A DNA stretch of 18,436 nucleotides from contig JAWCFL010000032.1 of NCBI GenBank assembly GCA_038858525.1, forward strand, positions 1 through 18,436, read 5' to 3'. The stretch comes from Candidatus Jordarchaeales archaeon (GTDB taxonomy: Archaea; Asgardarchaeota; Jordiarchaeia; Jordiarchaeales; Freyrarchaeaceae). The notes under the pieces were generated by a model, which made no database searches, was not told the DNA's origin, and saw nothing but the letters and a program-made list of their open reading frames with translations. Within the stretch, counting starts at the first letter, position 1; each line of letters starts with the position of its first letter. A program made the position numbers and the translations under genes. Shown one piece after another: positions 8,784 to 16,989 of this stretch.

Positions 8784-9551
8784 TTGGAGGTGTCAGAGAT
8801 TAAGAAAATAGAAATAATAGGAATTAATGGTTTGCCTCTGGTGAGGGAAGGGGACGATATAGCTAAGCTGATCGTTGAAGCAGCAAGGAAACAGGGTATC
8901 GAAATACTTAACAACGACATTATTGTGGTGGCTCAATCTATAGTTTCTAAGGCTGAAGGTATGATTGTTGACCTGTCTAAGGTGGATCCTTCTCCTTTCT
9001 CGATTACAATAAGTAGGCAGGTTGGCAAATCTCCACAGATGGTCGAGGTTATTTTGAGGGAAGCTAGAAGAATAGTTAAAATGCGGCACGTCATTATCAC
9101 GGAAACGACGCATGGTTTTATCTGCGCCAATTCAGGAGTGGATGAATCCAACGTGTCAGGTGGAGGGAAAGTCACTCTTCTTCCTCGAGATCCTGATGAG
9201 TCTGCAAGACGCATTAGGGATGGAATTTTTAAACTTACGGGTGCAGATGTTGCAGTTATAATTTCAGATACTCATGGAAGACCCTTTAGAGAGGGGGCGA
9301 TAAATGTGGCCGTGGGGGTGGCGGGACTGAAACCGGTTTGGGATAGGCGTGGAGAAAAGGACTTGTACGGATATGTTTTGCATTCAACATTTGTTGCTGT
9401 GGCTGACGAATTAGCCTCAGCTGCAGAGTTAATTATGGGTCAAGCCGATGAGGGGATTCCAGTAGTCATTATACGAGGATACCAGTATATTAAAGGTGAG
9501 GGAAGTTACAAGGATCTTTTAATGCCTCCTGAAAGAGACCTTTTCAGGTGA
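8784..9551 (+). CDS. cofE: Coenzyme F420-0:L-glutamate ligase
   Basis: 255 aa; GINGLPLVREGDDIAKLI, NSGVDESNVSGGG, ISDTHGRPFREGAINVAVGVAGLKP. TTG start; GTG two codons downstream is an alternative. Confidence 0.92.
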   Translation: MEVSEIKKIEIIGINGLPLVREGDDIAKLIVEAARKQGIEILNNDIIVVAQSIVSKAEGMIVDLSKVDPSPFSITISRQVGKSPQMVEVILREARRIVKMRHVIITETTHGFICANSGVDESNVSGGGKVTLLPRDPDESARRIRDGIFKLTGADVAVIISDTHGRPFREGAINVAVGVAGLKPVWDRRGEKDLYGYVLHSTFVAVADELASAAELIMGQADEGIPVVIIRGYQYIKGEGSYKDLLMPPERDLFR

Positions 9552-10484
9552 GTGTCATTGATCACGCTGCTAACAGGGGGCACCGGTGGGCTGAAGCTAC
9601 TTAAAGGATTTCTTGAGGTTCTTCCCCAGGAGGAAATCGCCGTTATTGTGAATACGGGTGACGATATAGAGCTTCATGGGCTTTTTATAAGTCCAGATTT
9701 GGATAGTGCAGTTTATCTGGTTGCGGGATTGCTAGATGAAGAAAGATTTTGGGGCGTGAGGGGTGACACATTTAACTGCCTTGAGATGATGAGCAAGTAT
9801 GGTTTGCCCTCTTGGTTTGCTTTAGGGGATCGTGACTTAGCAACACATATATGGAGAACTTATCTTATCAGGAACGGTTTCCAACTTTCAGAGGTTACAA
9901 AACTTATGTGTGACAAGCTTAATGTTAAAGCGAGAATTATGCCTATGACGAACGATAAAGTGCAAACGTATATAGATACTGATTTAGGCGTTCTCTCATT
10001 GCAGGAATTTTGGGTTAAATACAGAGGACAACCAAGTGTTTTTGGGGTCGAATATAGAGGAGCCGAATATGCAAGTGCGCCCCCTGAGGTTATTGATGCC
10101 TTGAGGAAGTCTGAGGCGGTTATCGTGGGACCCAGCAATCCCATCACAAGCATAGCGCCCATATTAGCTATTAGGGACATAAAAGAGACCCTTAAAGAGA
10201 TAAGCTGCAAAAAAATTGCTGTTAGTCCTATAATAGGAGGAAGAGCGGTAAGCGGGCCAGCAGCGAAGCTAATGCAAAGCTTAGGCTTAGAGGTTTCCCC
10301 GCTAGGGGTGGCATGCTTCTACAAGGAGATAATAGACGTATTGGTACTCGACAGGACAGATGCTTCATTAGTGGATGTAATAAGGTCTGTTGGTGTTATA
10401 CCATATGCTACAAACATTTTAATGATGAACGATGAGGATAGACGACGTCTCGCTCTTGAAATTATAGAGCTGGTGAGTGAATGA
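9552..10484 (+). CDS. cofD: 2-phospho-L-lactate transferase
   Basis: 310 aa; TLLTGGTGGLKLLKGF, VNTGDDIELHGLFISPDLDSAVYLVAG, FGLPSWFALGDRDLATH-type region, GPSNPITSIAPILAI; GTG start abuts the cofE stop. Confidence 0.93.
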   Translation: MSLITLLTGGTGGLKLLKGFLEVLPQEEIAVIVNTGDDIELHGLFISPDLDSAVYLVAGLLDEERFWGVRGDTFNCLEMMSKYGLPSWFALGDRDLATHIWRTYLIRNGFQLSEVTKLMCDKLNVKARIMPMTNDKVQTYIDTDLGVLSLQEFWVKYRGQPSVFGVEYRGAEYASAPPEVIDALRKSEAVIVGPSNPITSIAPILAIRDIKETLKEISCKKIAVSPIIGGRAVSGPAAKLMQSLGLEVSPLGVACFYKEIIDVLVLDRTDASLVDVIRSVGVIPYATNILMMNDEDRRRLALEIIELVSE

Positions 10485-11272
10485 GAACTATTTTGAAGCG
10501 GCGAGTTATACTTGCAGCTATGGCAGGAATATGTGATGGTGATTTTTGCTTCCGAGCAGCAAAATCAGGAGCAGGAATGGTGACACTTGGAGGGTTAAAT
10601 TTCGATGAAGGAACAGTTTTGGCTGGCGAAATGATAAGAAGAAGGGGGCGTAAGGAGTTTGATGTGAAGCTTGACTCGCTCGAGAGGTTTCTTAGGGAAG
10701 AGGTAAGTAAAGCTTTGAAGGGAGGCGCCCCTGTTGCTATTAATGTGCGGGCAGCAACTTTGAGGGGTATTCTTTTCGCTGGTAATTTAGTATCAAAAAG
10801 CGGGGCTACAGCACTGGAGATAGATGCGCACTGTCGGCAACCCGAGATGATGGCGGTAGGAGCGGGACAAGCACTTTTAAATAGATTAGAAACGCTTTCG
10901 GAGTGGATAATGTGTCTTAAGGAATCTTTTAATGTAAAAGTCATTCTTAAGTGGAGAGGTAACGTGGTGGATGATTTAACTGTAGCAAAGCTGGCTGAGA
11001 AAGCTGGTGCTGACGCAATACATATAGACGCTATGAAGCAAGGAGTGGAATGTGGAGATTTAGAGTTAATCAGGAAAATTTCTGAAAACGTAAATGTTTT
11101 CTTGATAGGTAATAACTCTGTTAGGGACGTTAATAGTGCCATCGAAATGTTAAATTCTGGTGCTGATGCAGTTTCTATTGCTCGAGCAACGCTAAATGAC
11201 CCTTCAGTAGTGGGAAAAATAGCGTTAGGTGTCGAAGAAAAAATGAAACAAAAAGAAAACTTAAAATTTTAG
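10481..11272 (+). CDS. tRNA-dihydrouridine synthase-like / FMN-binding TIM-barrel protein
   Basis: 263 aa; MAGICDGDFCFRAAKSGAGMVTLGG N-terminus and GADAIHIDA...FLIGNNSV...GADAVSIARATL C-terminal barrel; 4-nt ATGA overlap with cofD. Confidence 0.7.
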   Translation: MRTILKRRVILAAMAGICDGDFCFRAAKSGAGMVTLGGLNFDEGTVLAGEMIRRRGRKEFDVKLDSLERFLREEVSKALKGGAPVAINVRAATLRGILFAGNLVSKSGATALEIDAHCRQPEMMAVGAGQALLNRLETLSEWIMCLKESFNVKVILKWRGNVVDDLTVAKLAEKAGADAIHIDAMKQGVECGDLELIRKISENVNVFLIGNNSVRDVNSAIEMLNSGADAVSIARATLNDPSVVGKIALGVEEKMKQKENLKF

Positions 11273-11309
11273 GCAAATATGGGGTGCAGAACGCTTTTTG
11301 ATTTGCAGT

Positions 11310-11744
11310 TTAGGAAGAATTATTTGTACTTTTCTTAGGCGTCATCGTACCGGATACTATCTTTGAGATTATTTCCTTTTGCGCCGCTCTTACTGCACTA
11401 GAAAAATTGAAACCACGAGTATCCATTCCCAGTTCATCGATGACGTCTCCGTAACTGTTCTCGTTTACTATTTTTATAAGAATTTCAGTAATGTCGTAAC
11501 GTTCTCCATGGAAACGCACCGTGATCTTATAAGCTTCCCAGTCAACTTCAGCACCATAAATGTCTCTTTGAATGTTTATTGCGTCCGCCACGGTCAATTT
11601 AGGATTAGAACTCAGTATTTCTTCAATTGAAGGTATTTTCACACCTTCAAGAGAAAGTAGGATACGCTGAATAAGCATACCCATAAGCCAGCAACGATTA
11701 AATCGGCCTTTCCAAGGCTTATTAGACAAACACCCACTTCCCAA
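11310..11744 (-). CDS. Hypothetical protein
   Basis: Up to 144-aa ORF; the true start may be at an internal Met near LMGMLIQRILLS. No family recognised. Confidence 0.55.
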   Translation of the reverse strand: MGSGCLSNKPWKGRFNRCWLMGMLIQRILLSLEGVKIPSIEEILSSNPKLTVADAINIQRDIYGAEVDWEAYKITVRFHGERYDITEILIKIVNENSYGDVIDELGMDTRGFNFSSAVRAAQKEIISKIVSGTMTPKKSTNNSS

Positions 11745-11876
11745 AATTTGGCAAGCAACTTTATTTATCTTTTAACAGAAATATTAATTTTACTTTTCAT
11801 CAGAGTTGGTTACAAATGGAACGCATTGTAGCAAAGCAAAAAGAAGTGGTAAAGTTAGGTTTTCTCCTCTGTAAGT

Positions 11877-12056
11877 TTAAAAAATTCCGTTAAAAAGGTT
11901 GTTCAGGTAATTGATTATGTTTGTTGCTATACTTCCTGACCAGTTAAAAACGCCGAACATTATGTTTAGCATTATGGCTAAACCTAAAATTGATAGGCCA
12001 ATTAAGATGGCTTCTTCTACGATAGGAGATCCTTCCTCGTTCTTTATTAATTCCAA
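11877..12056 (-). CDS. Small single-TM, type IV/Flp pilin-like protein (ORF not in supplied track)
   Basis: TTG start, 59 aa: MELIKNEEGSPIVEEAILIGLSILGLAIMLNIMFGVFNWSGSIATNIINYLNNLFNGIF*. Strong SD GGAGGGT at 12070-12064 (minus), TATA-like TTTAAATATT at 12110-12101. EEG|SPIVEE followed by hydrophobic helix. Confidence 0.6.
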   Translation of the reverse strand: MELIKNEEGSPIVEEAILIGLSILGLAIMLNIMFGVFNWSGSIATNIINYLNNLFNGIF

Positions 12057-12100
12057 ATCAAAAACCCTCCATGTATCTTCAAGCGTTAATAGTTAAGAAA

Positions 12101-12110
12101 AATATTTAAA
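12101..12110 (-). promoter_or_regulatory. TATA box for the pilin-like small gene
   Basis: Minus-strand TTTAAATATT about 50 nt upstream of the TTG start. Confidence 0.45.
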
Positions 12111-12173
12111 CACCACAGTTGTTGCGGCGTACTATCATTTAACAAAATCATCAAGCTAAAATGAAAAAGACAT

Positions 12174-12203
12174 ATTTTTGTCAACTATATTGTTGATAAA
12201 AAT
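12174..12203. repeat. Inverted repeat upstream of the actin gene
   Basis: ATTTTTGTCAAC (12174-12185), spacer TATATT, GTTGATAAAAAT (12192-12203): 12-bp arms with one mismatch. Confidence 0.6.
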
Positions 12204-12307
12204 GATGTTCAAAAAATTAAAATAGAAGTATAGCACAAATAATATTCTGAAAAATGGAAAAAGTTGAAGTAATTCTTGAAAAATGAAAATGAAGGGGACG
12301 TGGGAAA

Positions 12308-13453
12308 GTGACATATGAGGAAGAGATGATCGCTGCAAAGCCCCTTGTGTTGGATAATGGAACCGGGTTAACTAAGAACGGGTTTGCAGGAGAGGACCAA
12401 CCTCGCTCCGTATGGCCAACTTGTATAGGATATCCTAAGTATACATCAATAATGACGGACGTAGAACACCATACGAGGGAGTATTACATAGGGGAGGAAG
12501 CACTTAACCTGAGAGGAGTTCTTAGGCTGGTTTATCCTATAGAGCACGGCGTGGTGACAGACTGGGACGCCATGGAGAAGATTTGGCATTACACGTTCTT
12601 CAATGACTTGAGAGTAGATCCCTCAGAGCACCCTATTCTCCTAACTGAGCCACCGTTAAACCCGCGTGAAAACAGAGAAAAAATGGCTGAAATAATGTTT
12701 GAAACGTTTAACGCGCCAGCTGTTTATGTTGCAATGCAAGCAGTCCTTTCACTTTATGCGTCAGGAAGAACAACCGGACTTGTAGTAGACTCAGGAGATG
12801 GAGTAACGCACATTGTGCCAATTTACGAAGGATTCGCGTTAACGCATGCGATAACGAGGATAGATCTCGCAGGAAGAGACATAACTGAGTATTTAAGGAG
12901 GCTCTTAAGGCAACGAGGTTACAGTTTCGTCTCAACAGCTGAAAAAGAAATAGTTAGAGACATAAAGGAGAAGCTCTGTTATGTGGCTTTAGACCCTGAA
13001 AAGGAACTTAAGCTTGCTGAGAAAGTTTCAGGAATAGAAAAGACATACGTGTTGCCAGACGGAGAGACCATTACTGTCGGCGCTGAAAGATTCCTAGCAC
13101 CGGAGGTTTTCTTTAACCCAGGAGTTATCGGGCTAGACTCACCACCACTGGACGAGGTTATAGTTGACGCTGTCAGAAAATGCGACGTTGACTTAAGAAG
13201 AGAGCTTTACGGCAACATAGTTCTCTCGGGAGGATCAACAATGTTTCCGGGGCTAAGAGAAAGATTGCACAAGGAGTTATCAGAGCTCGTCCCAGAAAAT
13301 GTCGAAATTAAGATAATAGCGCCTCCAGAAAGACAGTACAGTGTTTGGATTGGAGGGTCAATACTAGCTTCTCTAAGAACATTCCAGAAAATGTGGGTTA
13401 CAAGAAAGGAATATCAAGAAGGAGGAGCTGCAGTTATTCACAGATGCTTCTAA
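12308..13453 (+). CDS. Actin family protein, highly eukaryote-like (Asgard/lokiactin type)
   Basis: 381 aa; [153 protein letters not shown]-terminal HRCF. Confidence 0.96.
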   Translation: MTYEEEMIAAKPLVLDNGTGLTKNGFAGEDQPRSVWPTCIGYPKYTSIMTDVEHHTREYYIGEEALNLRGVLRLVYPIEHGVVTDWDAMEKIWHYTFFNDLRVDPSEHPILLTEPPLNPRENREKMAEIMFETFNAPAVYVAMQAVLSLYASGRTTGLVVDSGDGVTHIVPIYEGFALTHAITRIDLAGRDITEYLRRLLRQRGYSFVSTAEKEIVRDIKEKLCYVALDPEKELKLAEKVSGIEKTYVLPDGETITVGAERFLAPEVFFNPGVIGLDSPPLDEVIVDAVRKCDVDLRRELYGNIVLSGGSTMFPGLRERLHKELSELVPENVEIKIIAPPERQYSVWIGGSILASLRTFQKMWVTRKEYQEGGAAVIHRCF

Positions 13454-13606
13454 GTTTTGTACTTTCCTTTTCCTTTTTTATGATTACATTTTCTTGCGAG
13501 ACTTACTAAAGATAATATAAAGGAGAATGTTTGCGAATTAGGACGAAACACGTAAGGTTTTTCTTAAATTCTCTGGAAGATATCTCTCAAAAAGTGCAAA
13601 GGATTT

Positions 13607-15229
13607 TTGGGTGATTTTTTGGTTAAGGCTTTAAAAGAGTATAATTTAGTTAGAAAAAATCACCGTAAAGTAGATTTAAAATTTGCACTTTGTTATCCTA
13701 GTACATATTCTGTTGGTATGTCTTCTTTGGGGTTTCGTTTAATTTACACACTTATAAATATAAGGGAGAATGTCGCGTGTGAGAGGGTTTTCTATGTTCC
13801 AGAAGAGAGACCTAGAAGCGTTGAGTCTGGCTTAGAGTTAAGTGAGTTTGACGTAGTTGGTTTCTCTTTACAATACGAGGAAGATTACGTGAACTTAGTG
13901 AAAATGCTTCTTAGTTCAGGGATACCCGTCTGGAGAAGTGAAAGAGACGAGAAAAACCCATTAATTGTCGCAGGAGGAGTGTGTGCAATCGAAAATCCAA
14001 TGCCATTATCAGACTTCATTGATGTATTCTTAATAGGAGATGGGGAAGCATTAATAGAACAACTAATAGATATATGTGTTGAGGAGAGAGGGAAACACGC
14101 ACGGATGGAGGCTTTATCAAAAATAGACGGCTTTTATGTGCCTGGGTTAAATGATGGGAAAGTTAAGAGAGTATGGTGTAAATCCATTGAGGACATTTTT
14201 TGTCCAACTATGCAGGTAATTCCAGTTAAAGAAGAAAAAGGACTTACACCCGTTTTTGGCCGGTCATTCCTTTTAGAGATCGCTAGGGGGTGCGAGAGGG
14301 GATGCAGATTTTGTCTGATAGGTTTCTGCGGCAGGCCTAGACGTATTAGAAGCGAAAGAAGACTTAGACAGCTTATGGAAGAAGGAATAAAGCAAAGTGG
14401 GGTAAGAAAGGTTACTCTGATTGCACCTTCAATTTCAGGATTAAAAATAGTTGATTTATGTTGGGAAGCAGTAAATGCCGGCTTAGAAATTTCATTGCCT
14501 TCTTTAAGTATTGATGCTGTCACCGATGATTTGCTTGATGCAATAGTAGAAGGAGGACAACGAACAGTTACTATAGCTCCAGAGGCAGGAACAGAAAACA
14601 TGAGAATAAAGATAAACAAGCCTTTTTCGGACGAGGAAATAATCGCTACGGCAGAGAAAATAGAGGAACGAGGACTTAGCCTGAAAGCGTATTTCATTAT
14701 TGGGCTTCCTTATGAAAAAGAAGAGGATGTGGACGCCATTGCTAAACTTATCGATAGAATATCCAAAAGTGGTGGGAGGAAGTTAAAGGTTAGCGTAAAC
14801 CCGTTTGTCCCAAAGCCTCATACACCTTTTTCCTGGGTGCCTCAAAATTCACTTCAAACTCTTAGATATAAAAGGGCACGAATACAAAAACTCCTGAGAG
14901 GTAAGAGGATTAATCTTGAAGGAATGGATCTAAGAAAAGCATTTATTGAGGCATTTTTGTCTTTGGGGGGAAGCGAAATAAGTCGTATAATAGAGTTGGC
15001 GGCACGTTATGGTGGAGGACTTGGTGGCTGGAGGAGAGCGTTCAAGGAGAGCAAATTCAAAGCGGAGCACATATATAAGTTTAGGAGCCCTGATGAAGAG
15101 CAACCTTGGGAGATAGTTGATGTAGGTGTTAACAAACAGTTTTTAATTAAAGAGTGGGAAAGAGCCATTGATGGCGTCCAGACGCCTCCTTACAGTCACT
15201 GTAAAGAATGCATGATTTGCGACTACTAA
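13607..15229 (+). CDS. Radical SAM protein with B12-binding-domain-like N-terminus (TIGR03960/YgiQ-like architecture)
   Basis: 540 aa; radical SAM cluster motif CERGCRFC, N-terminal YPSTYSVGMSSLGFRLIYTLIN...FDVVGFSLQYEEDYVNLVKMLLSSGIP...PLIVAGGVCAIENP, GDGEALIEQ. Confidence 0.85.
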   Translation: MGDFLVKALKEYNLVRKNHRKVDLKFALCYPSTYSVGMSSLGFRLIYTLINIRENVACERVFYVPEERPRSVESGLELSEFDVVGFSLQYEEDYVNLVKMLLSSGIPVWRSERDEKNPLIVAGGVCAIENPMPLSDFIDVFLIGDGEALIEQLIDICVEERGKHARMEALSKIDGFYVPGLNDGKVKRVWCKSIEDIFCPTMQVIPVKEEKGLTPVFGRSFLLEIARGCERGCRFCLIGFCGRPRRIRSERRLRQLMEEGIKQSGVRKVTLIAPSISGLKIVDLCWEAVNAGLEISLPSLSIDAVTDDLLDAIVEGGQRTVTIAPEAGTENMRIKINKPFSDEEIIATAEKIEERGLSLKAYFIIGLPYEKEEDVDAIAKLIDRISKSGGRKLKVSVNPFVPKPHTPFSWVPQNSLQTLRYKRARIQKLLRGKRINLEGMDLRKAFIEAFLSLGGSEISRIIELAARYGGGLGGWRRAFKESKFKAEHIYKFRSPDEEQPWEIVDVGVNKQFLIKEWERAIDGVQTPPYSHCKECMICDY

Positions 15230-15367
15230 AAAGATTAAAAACTCAAAAATTAAATAAATAGAAGAAAAATAAACAAAATATTAATTTTTTAAAAAATAAA
15301 GATGATAAAACCTAATTTTTAAATTCGGCTTCGGAAAAAAGATTTACAGAAGACGAAGAGGCGTTTA

Positions 15368-15688
15368 GTGATGGAATATGACAAGAAAAGGTTTAGAGAG
15401 GAATTTCCTCATCTTGCAAAGGAACTTGAAGACGTGGAGGGAGTAAGGGTTCAGATAAGAGGCGTTAGAACTTGTGAAATTAAAGACATAGATGTTGTCA
15501 GGTTGATTCGAAGATGTGACAGAGAAGAGCAAGCGATAGAGATTATAGAATATTTAAAAAAGAGAGGAGAAATTTCTGAAGAATATGCTTCACAGATACT
15601 TAAACAGCTTAAAGAGAAAGGATTAAGATCTTTTGGAAGCAAGATTTCGTGGGGATTCTTTGAAAAAGAATATAGGAATAATTTCTAG
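15368..15688 (+). CDS. Small conserved archaeal protein, probably DUF2095 family
   Basis: 106 aa MMEYDKKRFREEFPHLAKELED...GVRT...; recalled similarity to DUF2095, not verified. Confidence 0.55.
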   Translation: MMEYDKKRFREEFPHLAKELEDVEGVRVQIRGVRTCEIKDIDVVRLIRRCDREEQAIEIIEYLKKRGEISEEYASQILKQLKEKGLRSFGSKISWGFFEKEYRNNF

Positions 15689-15775
15689 AGTCATAGTCTT
15701 AAAAGAGGAATTCGCTTTCAATGAATTTTTAAAGGATTATTTTGATGATTTTCGTTCTTTCTGGGGGGAACTTAA

Positions 15776-16978
15776 ATGTTAATAGGAATAGTGGGAAAGC
15801 CTAATTCGGGGAAGACCACGTTCCTCAATGCTGCGAGCGGAGCCAAGTATAAAGTTGCAGATTACCCATTTACAACTATAGAGCCGCAGCCAGGAACAGG
15901 ATATGTAAGAGTAAAATGTGTATGTGGTGAATTGGGAGTAAAAGACGACCCACAAAACTCAATATGTGTGAGAGGTAATCGATTTATTCCGGTGAATTTA
16001 TTGGACGTAGCTGGGCTGGTTCCCGATGCGTGGAGGGGGAGAGGGCTTGGAAATCAGTTTCTCGATAACCTTAGGAGGGCCGATGTACTAGTTCATGTAG
16101 TTGACGCTTCAGGTAGCACTGATGCTGAGGGAAAAATTCTGGAAGCAGGTTCATGGGACCCTGTAAGGGACATAGAATTTCTTGAAAAAGAAGTAGCTAT
16201 GTGGTTCAAACAAATAATAGTGAGGGACTGGCAAAAAACGGTTAGGCAAGTTGAGGCGGGTGTCAAAACGTTAGAGGAGAGTCTTACAGAAAAACTTGCA
16301 GGTCTTGCTATAAAGCGTTCGCATGTAAAGGCGGCAATCAAACTATGCAATTTTGATCCTTCTAAGCCAAGCAAGTGGAGCGATGACGAGTTATACGTCT
16401 TTGCTCACCAGTTAAGAAAGATAGCAAAACCGATTGTGATTTGTCTAAACAAGGTGGACAAGAAAGCTGCCAGGATAAACGTTGAGCGACTTAAAAAGCA
16501 AAACATTGATTTTGTGCCCGCTAGTGCGCTCGCTGAGCAGTTCCTAAGAAAGCTTGCAGAAGAAAAAATAATAGAGTACCTTCCAGGTGATGGCGACTTC
16601 AAACTGGTTTCACAGAAAATAACTGAAAAACAGAGGGAAACATTAGAAAAAATAAGGGAAGAAATACTCCGCGTATATGGTTCAACAGGGGTTCAGGAAA
16701 CGTTAAACAAAGCGGTCTTTGAAACTCTAGGAATGATAACAGTTTATCCTGTGGAGGACATCAACAAGCTTACAGACCATAAAGGACATGTTTTACCCGA
16801 TGCGCTACTAGTTCCAAGAGGAACAACTGTGAAGGAGCTCGCATACATGATTCATACTGAGCTAGGAGAAACATTTATCTATGCTTTAGATGCAAAAACC
16901 AAGCAACGCCTCCCGGAAGATTACGAATTGAAAGATAAAACTATAATTAAGATTGTTTCAGCTAAAGGATTAAGGTAG
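15776..16978 (+). CDS. ychF: OBG/YchF-family GTPase with C-terminal TGS-like domain
   Basis: 400 aa; G1 GIVGKPNSGKTTFLNAAS, G3 LLDVAGLVPDAWRGRGLGNQFLDNLRRADVLVHVVDASG, G4 LNKVDK, C-terminal VLPDALLVPRGTTVKELAYMIHTELGE TGS-like end. Confidence 0.88.
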   Translation: MLIGIVGKPNSGKTTFLNAASGAKYKVADYPFTTIEPQPGTGYVRVKCVCGELGVKDDPQNSICVRGNRFIPVNLLDVAGLVPDAWRGRGLGNQFLDNLRRADVLVHVVDASGSTDAEGKILEAGSWDPVRDIEFLEKEVAMWFKQIIVRDWQKTVRQVEAGVKTLEESLTEKLAGLAIKRSHVKAAIKLCNFDPSKPSKWSDDELYVFAHQLRKIAKPIVICLNKVDKKAARINVERLKKQNIDFVPASALAEQFLRKLAEEKIIEYLPGDGDFKLVSQKITEKQRETLEKIREEILRVYGSTGVQETLNKAVFETLGMITVYPVEDINKLTDHKGHVLPDALLVPRGTTVKELAYMIHTELGETFIYALDAKTKQRLPEDYELKDKTIIKIVSAKGLR

Positions 16979-16989
16979 GGCGGGGAAAC

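Noticed and set aside
10462-11142. 226-aa minus-strand ORF
   Set aside because: Antisense shadow of the DUS-like TIM-barrel gene.
11911-12096. 61-aa plus-strand ORF
   Set aside because: Antisense to the 59-aa pilin-like ORF, which has better start signals and a coherent product.
12156-12338. 60-aa minus-strand ORF in the actin upstream region
   Set aside because: Phe/Ile-rich translation of AT-rich DNA overlapping the actin start; no supporting signals.
13454-13500. T-rich tract after actin as a formal terminator
   Set aside because: T-rich tracts are plausible archaeal termination signals but the whole spacer is AT-rich, so this alone is weak.
14134-14697. 187-aa minus-strand ORF
   Set aside because: Antisense shadow of the radical SAM gene.
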